From positions 27,466,001 through 27,530,000 of the forward strand of contig OZ024752.1 in assembly GCA_964016885.1 (NCBI GenBank): a stretch of 64,000 bases of DNA, given 5' to 3'. This stretch comes from Eledone cirrhosa (lineage: Eukaryota). A model generated the notes under the pieces. That model saw only the letters and a list, made by a program, of their open reading frames with translations, was not told the DNA's origin and made no database searches. Positions within the stretch are counted from its first letter, which is position 1. Every line of letters begins with the position of its first letter. Shown one piece after another: positions 1 to 15,000 of this stretch. A program made the position numbers and the translations under genes.

Positions 1-3000
1 GTCAACACACAAATTGTAGAACTAGTACCAACTTCGTGTATCAACACAGAAACTGTGGAACTAGTACCAACTTCGTCTATCAACACACAAACTGTGGAAC
101 TAGTACCAACTTCGTCTATCAACACACAAACTGTGGAACTAGTACCAACTTCTTCTATCAACACACAAATTGTGGAACTAGTACCAACTTCGTGTATCAA
201 CACAGAAACTGTGGAACTAGTACCAACTTCGTCTATCAACACACAAACTGTGGAACTAGTACCAACTTCGTCTATCAACACACAAACTGTGGAACTAGTA
301 CCAACTTCGTCTATCAACACACAAACTGTGGAACTAGTACCAACTTCGTCTATCAACACACAAACTGTGGAACTAGTACCAACTTCGTCTATCAACACAC
401 GAACTGTGGAACTAGTACCAACTTCGGCTATCAACACACAAACTGTGGAACTAGTACAGACTTCGTCTATCAACACACAAACTGTGGAACTAGTACCGAC
501 TTCGGCTATCAACACACAAACTGTGGAACTAGTACCAACTTCGACTATCAACACACAAACTGTGGAACTAGTACCAACTTCTTCTATCAACACACAAACT
601 GTGGAACTAGTACCAACTTCGACTATCAACACACAAACTGTGCAACTAGTACCAACTTCGACTATCAACACACAAACTGTGGAACTAGTACCAACTTCTT
701 CTATCAACACACAAACTGTGCAACTAGTACCAACTTCGGCTATCAACACACAAACTGTGGAACTAGTACCAACTTCGTCTATCAACACACAAACTGTGCA
801 ACTAGTACCAACTTCTATCAACACACAAACTGTGCAACTAGTATCAACTTCGGCTATCAACACACAAACTGTGGAACTAGTACTAACTTCTTCTATCAAC
901 ACACAAACTGTGCAACTAGTACCAACTTCGGCTATCAACACACAAACTGTGGACCTAGTACCAACTTCGTCTATCAACACACAAACTGTGTAACTAGTAC
1001 CAGCTTCGGCTATCAACAGACAAACTGTGGAACTAGTACCAAATTCGTCTATCAACACACAAACTGTTGAACTAGTACCAACTTCTTTATCAACACACAA
1101 ACTGTGCAACTAGTACCAACTTCGGTTATCAACACACAAACTGAGGAACTAGTACCAACTACAGCTATCAACACACAATCTCTGGAACTAGTACCAGCTC
1201 GCGTCTATCAACACACAAACCGTGGAACTAGTACACACTTCGTGTATCAACACACAAACTGTGGAACTAGTACCAACTTCGGCTATCAATACACAAACTG
1301 TGGAACTAGTACCAACTTCGGCTATCAACACACAAACTGTTGAACTAGTACCAACTTCGGCTATCAACACACGAACTGTGGACCTAGTGCCAACTTCGTC
1401 TATCAACACACAAACTGTGGAACTAGTACCAAATTCGTCTATCAACACACAAACTGTGGAACTAGTACAAACTTCGGCTGTCAACACACAAATTGTAGAA
1501 CTAGTACCAACTTCGTGTATCAACACAGAAACTGTGCAACTAGTACCAACTTCGTCTATCAACACACAAACTGTGGAACTAGTACCAACTTCGTCTATCA
1601 ACACACAAACTGTGGAACTAGTACCAACTTCTTCTATCAACACACAAATTGTGGAACTAGTACCAACTTCGTGTATCAACACAGAAACTGTGGAACTAGT
1701 ACCGACTTCGGCTATCAACACACAAACTGTGGAACTAGTACCGACTTCGACTATCAACACACAAACTGTGGAACTAGTACCAACTTCTTCTATCAACACA
1801 CACACTGTGGAACTAGTACCAACTTCGACTATCAACACACAAACTGAGGAACTAGTACCAACTACGGCTATCAACACACAAACTGTGGAACTAGTACCAA
1901 CTTCGGCTATCAACACACAATCTGTGGAACTAGTACAAACTTCGGCTATCAACACACAAACTGTGGAACTAGTACCAACTTCGGCTATCAACACACAAAC
2001 TGTGGAACTAGTACCAACTACGGCTATCAACACACAAACTGTGGAACTAGTACCAACTTCGGCTATCAACACACAAACTGTGGAACTAGTACCAACTTCG
2101 GCTATCAACACACAATCTGTGGAACTAGTACAAACTTCGGCTATCAACACACAAACTGTGGAACTAGTACCAACTTCGGCTATCAACACACAAACTGTGG
2201 AACTAGTACCAACTGCGGCTATCAACACACAATCTGTGGAACTAATACCAACTTCGGCTATCAACACACAAACTGTGGAACTAGTACCAACTTCGTCTAT
2301 CAACACACAAACTGTGGAACTAGTACCAACTGCGGCTATCAACACACAAACTGTGGAACTAGTACCAACTGCGGCTATCAACACACAATCTGTGGAACTA
2401 GTACCAACTTCGGCTATCAACACACAAACTGTGGAACTTGTACCAACTTCGGCTATCAACACACAAACTGTGGAACTAGTACCAACTTCGGCTATCAACA
2501 CACAAACTGTGGAACTAGTACCAACTTAGGCTATCAACACACAAACTGTGGAACTAGTACCAACTACGGCTATCAACACACAAACTGTGGAACTAGTAAA
2601 GACTTCGTCTATCAACACACAAACTGTGGAACTAGTACCAACTTCGGCTATCAACACACAAACTGTGGAACTAGTACCAACTACGGCTATCAACACACAA
2701 ACTGTGGAACTAGTTCCAACTTCGGCTATCAACACACAAACTGTGGAACTAGTACCAACTTCGGCTATCAACACACCAACTGTGGAACTAGTACCAACTT
2801 CGGCTATCAACACACAATCTGTGGAACTAGTACAAACTTCGGCTATCAACACACAAACTGTGGAACTAGTACCAACTTCGGCTATCAACACACAATCTGT
2901 GGAACTAGTACCAACTTCGGCTATCAACACACCAACTGTGGAAATAGTACCAACTTCGGCTATCAACACACAATCTGTGGAACTAGTACAAACTTCGGCT

Positions 3001-6000
3001 ATCAACACACAAACTGTGGAACTAGTACCAACTTCGGCTATCAACACACAATCTGTGGAACTAGTACCAACTTCGGCTATCAACACACAAACTGTGGAAC
3101 TAGTACCAACTACGGCTATCAACACACAAACTGTGGAACTAGTACCAACTTCGGCTATCAACACACAAACTGTGGAACTAGTACCAACTACGGCTATCAA
3201 CACACAAACTGTGGAACTAGTACCAACTTCGGCTATCAACACACAAACTGTGGAACTAGTCCCAACTACGGCTATCAACACACAAACTGTGGAACTAGTT
3301 CCAAGTTCGGCTATCAACATACAAACTGTGGAACTAGTACCAACTACGGCTATCAACACACAAATTGTGGAACTAGTACCAACTTCGGCTATCAACACAC
3401 AAACTGTGGAACTAGTACCAACTTCGGCTATCAACACACAATCTGTGGAACTAGTACAAACTTCGGCTATCAACACACAAACTGTGGAACTAGTACCAAC
3501 TTCGGCTATCAACACACAAACTGTGGAACTAGTACCAACTTCGGCTATCAACACACAATCTGTGGAACTAGTACCAACTTCCGCTATCAACACACAAACT
3601 GTGGAACTAGTACCAACTTCGGCTATCAACACACGAACTGTGGACCTAGTGCCAACTTCGTCTATCAACACACAAACTGTGGAACTAGTACCAAATTCGG
3701 CTATCAACACACAAACTGTGGAACTAGTACAAACTTCGGCTGTCAACACACAAATTGTAGAACTAGTACCAACTTCGTGTATCAACACAGAAACTGTGGA
3801 ACTAGTACCAACTTCGTCTATCAACACACAAACTGTGGAACTAGTACCAACTTCGTCTATCAACACACAAACTGTGGAACTAGTACCAACTTCGGCTATC
3901 AACACACAAACTGTGGAACTAGTACAGACTTCGTCTATCAACACACAAACTGTGGAACTTGTACCGACTTCGGCTATCAACACACAATCTGTGGAACTAG
4001 TACCAACTTCAACTATCAACACACAAACTGTGGAACTAGTACCAACTTCTTCTATCAACACACAAACTGTGGAACTAGTACCAACTTCGACTATCAACAC
4101 ACAAACTGTGGAACTAGTACCAACTTCGACTATCAACACACAAACTGTGGAACTAGTACCAACTTCTTCTATCAACACACAAACTGTGCAACTAGTACCA
4201 ACTTCGGCTATCAACACACAAACTGTGGAACTAGTACCAACTTCGTCTACCAACACACAAACTGTGCAACTAGTACCAACTTCTTCTATCAACACACAAA
4301 CTGTGCAACTAGTATCAATTTCGACTATCAACACACAAACTGTGGAACTAGTTCCAACTTCGGCTATCAACACACAAACTGTGGAACTAGTACCAACTTC
4401 GGCTATCAACACACAATCTGTGGAACTAGTACAAACTTCGGCTATCAACACACAAACTGTGGAACTAGTACCAACTTCGGCTATCAACACACAATCTGTG
4501 GAACTAGTACCAACTTCGGCTATCAACACACAAACTGTGGCACTAGTACCAACTACGGCTATCAACACACAAACTGTGGAACTAGTACCAACTTCGTCTA
4601 TCAACACACAAACTGTGGAACTAGTACCAACTTCGGCTATCAATACACAAACTGTGGAACTAGTACAGACTTCGTCTATCAACACACAAAATGTGTAACT
4701 AGTACCGACTTCGGCTATCAACACACAAAATGTGGAACTAGTACCAACTTCGGCTATCAACACACAAACTGTGGAACTACTACAGACTTCGTCTATCAAC
4801 ACACAAACTGTGGAACTAGTACCGACTTCGGCTATCAACACACAAACTGTGGAACTAGTACACACTTCGACTATCAACACACAAACTGTGGAACTAGTAC
4901 CAACTTCTTCTATCAACACACACACTGTGGAAATAGTACCAACTTCGGCTATCAACACACAATCTCTGGAACTAGTACCAGCTTCGTCTATCAACACACA
5001 AACCGTGGAACTAGTACACACTTCGTGTATCAACACACAAATTGTGGAACTAGTACCAACTTCGGCTATCAACACACAAACTGTGGAACTAGTACCAACT
5101 ACGGCTATCAACACACAAACTGTGGAACTAGTACCAACTTCGGCTATCAACACACGAACTGTGGACCTAGTGCCAACTTCGTCTATCAACACACAAACTG
5201 TGGAACTAGTACCAAATTCGGCTATCAACACACAAACTGTGGAACTAGTACCAACTTCGTCTATCAACACACAAACTGTGGAACTAGTACCAACTTCTTC
5301 TATCAACACACAAATTGTGGAACTAGTACCAACTTCGTGTATCAACACAGAAACTGTGGAACTAGTACCAACTTCGTCTATCAACACAAAAACTGTGGAA
5401 CTAGTTCCAACTTCGGCTATCAACACACAAACTGTGGAACTAGTACCGACTTCGGCTATCAACACACAAACTGTGGAACTAGTACCAACTTCGACTATCA
5501 ACACACAAACTGTGGAACTAGTACCAACTTCTTCTATCAACACACAAACTGTGGAACTAGTACCAACTTCGACTATCAACACACAAACTGTGGAACTAGT
5601 ACCAACTTCGACTATCAACACACAAACTGTGGAACTAGTACCAACTTCTTCTATCAACACACAAACTGTGCAACTAGTACCAACTTCGGCTATCAACACA
5701 CAAACTGTGGAACTAGTACCAACTTCGTCTATCAACACACAAACTGTGCAACTAGTACCAACTTCTATCAACACACAAACTGTGCAACTAGTATCAACTT
5801 CGGCTATCAACACACAAACTGTGGAACTAGTATCAACTTCTTCTATCAACACACAAACTGTGCAACTAGTACCAACTTCTTCTATCAACACACAAACTGT
5901 GGAACTAGTACCAACTTCTTCTATCAACACACAAACTGTGGAACTAGTACCAGCTTCGGCTATCAACAGACAAACTGTGGAACTAGTACCAACTTCTTTA

Positions 6001-9000
6001 TCAACACACAAACTGTGCAACTAGTACCAACTTCGGTTATCAACACACAAACTGAGGAACTAGTACCAACTACAGCTATCAACACACAATCTCTGGAACT
6101 AGTACCAGCTCGCGTCTATCAACACACAAACCGTGGAACTAGTACACACTTCGTGTATCAACACACAAACTGTGGAACTAGTACCAACTTCGGCTATCAA
6201 TACACAAACTGTGGAACTAGTACCAACTTCGGCTATCAACACACAAACTGTTGAACTAGTACCAACTTCGTCTATCAACACACGAACTGTGGACCTAGTG
6301 CCAACTTCGTCTATCAACACACAAACTGTGGAACTAGTACCAAATTCGTCTATCAACACACAAACTGTGGAACTAGTACAAACTTCGGCTGTCAACACAC
6401 AAATTGTAGAACTAGTACCAACTTCGTGTATCAACACAGAAACTGTGCAACTAGTACCAACTTCGTCTATCAACACACAAACTGTGGAACTAGTACCAAC
6501 TTCGTCTATCAACACACAAACTGTGGAACTAGTACCAACTTCTTCTATCAACACACAAATTGTGGAACTAGTACCAACTTCGTGTATCAACACAGAAACT
6601 GTGGAACTAGTACCGACTTCGGCTATCAACACACAAACTGTGGAACTAGTACCGACTTCGACTATCAACACACAAACTGTGGAACTAGTACCAACTTCTT
6701 CTATCAACACACACACTGTGGAACTAGTACCAACTTCGACTATCAACACACAAACTGAGGAACTAGTACCAACTTCGGCTATCAACACACAATCTCTGGA
6801 ACTAGTACCAGCTTCGTCTATCAACACACAAACCGTGGAACTAGTACACACTTCGTGTATCAACACACAAACTGTGAAAATAGTACCAACTTCGGCTATC
6901 AACACACAAACTGTGGAACTAGTACCAACTACGGCTATCAACACACAAACTGTGGAACTAGTACCAACTTCGGCTATCAACACACGAACTGTGGACCTAG
7001 TGCCAACTTCGTCTATCAACACACAAACTGTGGAACTAGTACAAACTTCGGCTATCACACACAAACTGTGGAACTAGTACCAACTACGGCTATCAACACA
7101 CAAACTGTGGAACTAGTACCAACTTCGGCTATCAACACACAATCTGTGGAACTAGTACAAACTTCGGCTATCAACACACAAACTGTGGAACTAGTACCAA
7201 CTTCGGCTATCAACACACAAACTGTGGAACTAGTACCAACTACGGCTATCAACACACAAACTGTGGAACTAGTACCAACTTCGGCTATCAACACACAAAC
7301 TGTGGAACTAGTACCAACTTCGGCTATCAACACACAATCTGTGGAACTAGTACAAACTTCGGCTATCAACACACAAACTGTGGAACTAGTACCAACTTCG
7401 GCTATCAACACACAAACTGTGGAACTAGTACCAACTGCGGCTATCAACACACAATCTGTGGAACTAATACCAACTTCGGCTATCAACACACAAACTGTGG
7501 AACTAGTACCAACTTCGTCTATCAACACACAAACTGTGGAACTAGTACCAACTGCGGCTATCAACACACAAACTGTGGAACTAGTACCAACTGCGGCTAT
7601 CAACACACAATCTGTGGAACTAGTACCAACTTCGGCTATCAACACACAAACTGTGGAACTAGTACCAACTTCGGCTATCAACACACAAACTGTGGAACTA
7701 GTACCAACTTCGGCTATCAACACACAAACTGTGGAACTAGTACCAACTTAGGCTATCAACACACAAACTGTGGAACTAGTACCAACTACGGCTATCAACA
7801 CACAAACTGTGGAACTAGTAAAGACTTCGTCTATCAACACACAAACTGTGGAACTAGTACCAACTTCGGCTATCAACACACAAACTGTGGAACTAGTACC
7901 AACTACGGCTATCAACACACAAACTGTGGAACTAGTTCCAACTTCGGCTATCAACACACAAACTGTGGAACTAGTACCAAATTCGGCTATCAACACACCA
8001 ACTGTGGAACTAGTACCAACTTCGGCTATCAACACACAATCTGTGGAACTAGTACAAACTTCGGCTATCAACACACAAACTGTGGAACTAGTACCAACTT
8101 CGGCTATCAACACACAATCTGTGGAACTAGTACCAACTTCGGCTATCAACACACCGACTGTGGAAATAGTACCAACTTCGGCTATCAACACACAATCTGT
8201 GGAACTAGTACAAACTTCGGCTATCAACACACAAACTGTGGAACTAGTACCAACTTCGGCTATCAACACACAATCTGTGGAACTAGTACCAACTTCGGCT
8301 ATCAACACACAAACTGTGGAACTAGTACCAACTACGGCTATCAACACACAAACTGTGGAACTAGTACCAACTTCGGCTATCAACACACAAACTGTGGAAC
8401 TAGTACCAACTACGGCTATCAACACACAAACTGTGGAACTAGTACCAACTTCGGCTATCAACACACAAACTGTGGAACTAGTCCCAACTACGGCTATCAA
8501 CACACAAACTGTGGAACTAGTTCCAAGTTCGGCTATCAACATACAAACTGTGGAACTAGAACCAACTACGGCTATCAACACACAAATTGTGGAACTAGTA
8601 CCAACTTCGGCTATCAACACACAAACTGTGGAACTAGTACCAACTTCGGCTATCAACACACAATCTGTGGAACTAGTACAAACTTCGGCTATCAACACAC
8701 AAACTGTGGAACTAGTACCAACTTCGGCTATCAACACACAAACTGTGGAACTAGTACCAACTTCGGCTATCAACACACAATCTGTGGAACTAGTACCAAC
8801 TTCCGCTATCAACACACAAACTGTGGAACTAGTACCAACTTCGGCTATCAACACACGAACTGTGGACACTAGTGCCAACTTCGTCTATCAACACACAAAC
8901 TGTGGAACTGGTACCAAATTCGGCTATCAACACACAAACTGTGGAACTAGTACAAACTTCGGCTGTCAACACACAAATTGTAGAACTAGTACCAACTTCG

Positions 9001-12000
9001 TGTATCAACACAGAAACTGTGGAACTAGTACCTACTTCGTCTATCAACACACAAACTGTGGAACTAGTACCAACTTCGTCTATCAACAAACAAACTGTGG
9101 AACTAGTACCAACTTCTTCTATCAACACACAAATTGTGGAACTAGTACCAACTTCGTGTATCAACACAGAAACTGTGGAACTAGTACCAACTTCGTCTAT
9201 CAACACACAAACTGTGGAACTAGTACCAACTTCGTCTATCAACACACAAACTGTGGAACTAGTACCAACTTCGGCTATCAACACACAAACTGTGGAACTA
9301 GTACAGACTTCGTCTATCAACACACAAACTGTGGAACTAGTACCGACTTCGGCTATCAACACACAATCTGTGGAACTAGTACCAACTTCAACTATCAACA
9401 CACAAACTGTGGAACTAGTACCAACTTCTTCTATCAACACACAAACTGTGGAACTAGTACCAACTTCGACTATCAACACACAAACTGTGGAACTAGTACC
9501 AACTTTGACTATCAACACACAAACTGTGGAACTAGTACCAACTTCGTCTACCAACACACAAACTGTGCAACTAGTACCAACTTCTTCTATCAACACACAA
9601 ACTGTGCAACTAGTATCAATTTCGGCTATCAACACACAAACTGTGGAACTAGTTCCAACTTCGGCTATCAACACACAAACTGTGGAACTAGTACCAACTT
9701 CGGCTATCAACACACAATCTGTGGAACTAGTACAAACTTCGGCTATCAACACACAAACTGTGGAACTAGTACCAACTACGGCTATCAACACACAAACTGT
9801 GGAACTAGTACCAACTTCGGCTATCAACACACAAACTGTGCAACTAGTATCAATTTCGGCTATCAACACACAAACTGTGGAACTAGTACCAACTTCGGCT
9901 ATCAACACACAAACTGTGGAACTAGTACCAACTACGGCTATCAACACACAAACTGTGGAACTAGTACCAACTTCGGCTATCAACACACAAACTGTGGAAC
10001 TAGTACCAACTACGGCTATCAACACACAAACTGTGGAACTAGTACCAACTTCGGCTATCAACACACAAACTGTGGAACTAGTACCAACTACGGCTATCAA
10101 CACACAAACTGTGGAACTAGTTCCAAGTTCGGCTATCAACACACAAACTGTGGAACTAGTAGCAACTTCGGCTATCAACACACAAATTGTGGAACTAGTA
10201 CCAACTTCGGCTATCAACACACAAACTGTGGAACTAGTACCAACTTCGGCTATCAACACACAATCTGTGGAACTAGTACAAACTTCGGCTATCAACACAC
10301 AAACTGTGGAACTAGTACCAACTTCGGCTATCGACACACAAACTGTGGAACTAGTACCAACTTCGGCTATCAACACACAATCTGTGGAACTAGTACCAAC
10401 TTCCGCTATCAACACACAGACTGTGGAACTAGTACCAACTTCGGCTATCAACACACGAACTGTGTACCTAGTGCCAACTTCGTCTATCAACACACAAACT
10501 GTGGAACTAGTACCAACTTCTTCTATCAACACACACACTGTGGAACTAGTACCAACTTCGACTATCAACACACAAACTGAGGAACTAGTACCAACTTCGG
10601 CTATCAACACACAATCTCTGGAACTAGTACCAGCTTCGTCTATCAACACACAAACCGTGGAACTAGTACACACTTCGTGTATCAACACACAAACTGTGAA
10701 AATAGTACCAACTTCGGCTATCAACACACAAACTGTGGAACTAGTACCAACTACGGCTATCAACACACAAACTGTGGAACTAGTACCAACTTCGGCTATC
10801 AACACACGAACTGTGGACCTAGTGCCAACTTCGTCTATCAACACACAAACTGTGGAACTAGTACAAACTTCGGCTATCACACACAAACTGTGGAACTAGT
10901 ACCAACTACGGCTATCAACACACAAACTGTGGAACTAGTACCAACTTCGGCTATCAACACACAATCTGTGGAACTAGTACAAACTTCGGCTATCAACACA
11001 CAAACTGTGGAACTAGTACCAACTTCGGCTATCAACACACAAACTGTGGAACTAGTACCAACTACGGCTATCAACACACAAACTGTGGAACTAGTACCAA
11101 CTTCGGCTATCAACACACAAACTGTGGAACTAGTACCAACTTCGGCTATCAACACACAATCTGTGGAACTAGTACAAACTTCGGCTATCAACACACAAAC
11201 TGTGGAACTAGTACCAACTTCGGCTATCAACACACAAACTGTGGAACTAGTACCAACTGCGGCTATCAACACACAATCTGTGGAACTAATACCAACTTCG
11301 GCTATCAACACACAAACTGTGGAACTAGTACCAACTTCGTCTATCAACACACAAACTGTGGAACTAGTACCAACTGCGGCTATCAACACACAAACTGTGG
11401 AACTAGTACCAACTGCGGCTATCAACACACAATCTGTGGAACTAGTACCAACTTCGGCTATCAACACACAAACTGTGGAACTAGTACCAACTTCGGCTAT
11501 CAACACACAAACTGTGGAACTAGTACCAACTTCGGCTATCAACACACAAACTGTGGAACTAGTACCAACTTAGGCTATCAACACACAAACTGTGGAACTA
11601 GTACCAACTACGGCTATCAACACACAAACTGTGGAACTAGTAAAGACTTCGTCTATCAACACACAAACTGTGGAACTAGTACCAACTTCGGCTATCAACA
11701 CACAAACTGTGGAACTAGTACCAACTACGGCTATCAACACACAAACTGTGGAACTAGTTCCAACTTCGGCTATCAACACACAAACTGTGGAACTAGTACC
11801 AAATTCGGCTATCAACACACCAACTGTGGAACTAGTACCAACTTCGGCTATCAACACACAATCTGTGGAACTAGTACAAACTTCGGCTATCAACACACAA
11901 ACTGTGGAACTAGTACCAACTTCGGCTATCAACACACAATCTGTGGAACTAGTACCAACTTCGGCTATCAACACACCGACTGTGGAAATAGTACCAACTT

Positions 12001-15000
12001 CGGCTATCAACACACAATCTGTGGAACTAGTACAAACTTCGGCTATCAACACACAAACTGTGGAACTAGTACCAACTTCGGCTATCAACACACAATCTGT
12101 GGAACTAGTACCAACTTCGGCTATCAACACACAAACTGTGGAACTAGTACCAACTACGGCTATCAACACACAAACTGTGGAACTAGTACCAACTTCGGCT
12201 ATCAACACACAAACTGTGGAACTAGTACCAACTACGGCTATCAACACACAAACTGTGGAACTAGTACCAACTTCGGCTATCAACACACAAACTGTGGAAC
12301 TAGTCCCAACTACGGCTATCAACACACAAACTGTGGAACTAGTTCCAAGTTCGGCTATCAACATACAAACTGTGGAACTAGTACCAACTACGGCTATCAA
12401 CACACAAATTGTGGAACTAGTACCAACTTCGGCTATCAACACACAAACTGTGGAACTAGTACCAACTTCGGCTATCAACACACAATCTGTGGAACTAGTA
12501 CAAACTTCGGCTATCAACACACAAACTGTGGAACTAGTACCAACTTCGGCTATCAACACACAAACTGTGGAACTAGTACCAACTTCGACTATCAACACAC
12601 AAACTGTGGAACTAGTACCAACTTTGACTATCAACACACAAACTGTGGAACTAGTACCAACTTCGTCTACCAACACACAAACTGTGCAACTAGTACCAAC
12701 TTCTTCTATCAACACACAAACTGTGCAACTAGTATCAATTTCGGCTATCAACACACAAACTGTGGAACTAGTTCCAACTTCGGCTATCAACACACAAACT
12801 GTGGAACTAGTACCAACTTCGGCTATCAACACACAATCTGTGGAACTAGTACAAACTTCGGCTATCAACACACAAACTGTGGAACTAGTACCAACTACGG
12901 CTATCAACACACAAACTGTGGAACTAGTACCAACTTCGGCTATCAACACACAAACTGTGCAACTAGTATCAATTTCGGCTATCAACACACAAACTGTGGA
13001 ACTAGTACCAACTTCGGCTATCAACACACAAACTGTGGAACTAGTACCAACTACGGCTATCAACACACAAACTGTGGAACTAGTACCAACTTCGGCTATC
13101 AACACACAAACTGTGGAACTAGTACCAACTACGGCTATCAACACACAAACTGTGGAACTAGTACCAACTTCGGCTATCAACACACAAACTGTGGAACTAG
13201 TACCAACTACGGCTATCAACACACAAACTGTGGAACTAGTTCCAAGTTCGGCTATCAACACACAAACTGTGGAACTAGTAGCAACTTCGGCTATCAACAC
13301 ACAAATTGTGGAACTAGTACCAACTTCGGCTATCAACACACAAACTGTGGAACTAGTACCAACTTCGGCTATCAACACACAATCTGTGGAACTAGTACAA
13401 ACTTCGGCTATCAACACACAAACTGTGGAACTAGTACCAACTTCGGCTATCGACACACAAACTGTGGAACTAGTACCAACTTCGGCTATCAACACACAAT
13501 CTGTGGAACTAGTACCAACTTCCGCTATCAACACACAGACTGTGGAACTAGTACCAACTTCGGCTATCAACACACGAACTGTGTACCTAGTGCCAACTTC
13601 GTCTATCAACACACAAACTGTGGAACTAGTACCAACTTCTTCTATCAACACACACACTGTGGAACTAGTACCAACTTCGACTATCAACACACAAACTGAG
13701 GAACTAGTACCAACTTCGGCTATCAACACACAATCTCTGGAACTAGTACCAGCTTCGTCTATCAACACACAAACCGTGGAACTAGTACACACTTCGTGTA
13801 TCAACACACAAACTGTGAAAATAGTACCAACTTCGGCTATCAACACACAAACTGTGGAACTAGTACCAACTACGGCTATCAACACACAAACTGTGGAACT
13901 AGTACCAACTTCGGCTATCAACACACGAACTGTGGACCTAGTGCCAACTTCGTCTATCAACACACAAACTGTGGAACTAGTACAAACTTCGGCTATCACA
14001 CACAAACTGTGGAACTAGTACCAACTACGGCTATCAACACACAAACTGTGGAACTAGTACCAACTTCGGCTATCAACACACAATCTGTGGAACTAGTACA
14101 AACTTCGGCTATCAACACACAAACTGTGGAACTAGTACCAACTTCGGCTATCAACACACAAACTGTGGAACTAGTACCAACTACGGCTATCAACACACAA
14201 ACTGTGGAACTAGTACCAACTTCGGCTATCAACACACAAACTGTGGAACTAGTACCAACTTCGGCTATCAACACACAATCTGTGGAACTAGTACAAACTT
14301 CGGCTATCAACACACAAACTGTGGAACTAGTACCAACTTCGGCTATCAACACACAAACTGTGGAACTAGTACCAACTGCGGCTATCAACACACAATCTGT
14401 GGAACTAATACCAACTTCGGCTATCAACACACAAACTGTGGAACTAGTACCAACTTCGTCTATCAACACACAAACTGTGGAACTAGTACCAACTGCGGCT
14501 ATCAACACACAAACTGTGGAACTAGTACCAACTGCGGCTATCAACACACAATCTGTGGAACTAGTACCAACTTCGGCTATCAACACACAAACTGTGGAAC
14601 TAGTACCAACTTCGGCTATCAACACACAAACTGTGGAACTAGTACCAACTTCGGCTATCAACACACAAACTGTGGAACTAGTACCAACTTAGGCTATCAA
14701 CACACAAACTGTGGAACTAGTACCAACTACGGCTATCAACACACAAACTGTGGAACTAGTAAAGACTTCGTCTATCAACACACAAACTGTGGAACTAGTA
14801 CCAACTTCGGCTATCAACACACAAACTGTGGAACTAGTACCAACTACGGCTATCAACACACAAACTGTGGAACTAGTTCCAACTTCGGCTATCAACACAC
14901 AAACTGTGGAACTAGTACCAAATTCGGCTATCAACACACCAACTGTGGAACTAGTACCAACTTCGGCTATCAACACACAATCTGTGGAACTAGTACAAAC

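Noticed and set aside
58-67. GAACTAGTAC resembling an E. coli TrpR operator half-site, or an engineered SpeI-ligated array
   Set aside because: It is only a short match without the operator's tandem arrangement. The nested natural-looking mutation and duplication history argues against a synthetic construct.
1795-1812. V(D)J/Transib RSS-like motifs (CACTGTG variant, nonamer-like ACACAAACT, 39 bp = 23-RSS length)
   Set aside because: The heptamer-like and nonamer-like motifs overlap and lie on opposite strands. No 12- or 23-bp spaced pair exists on either strand.
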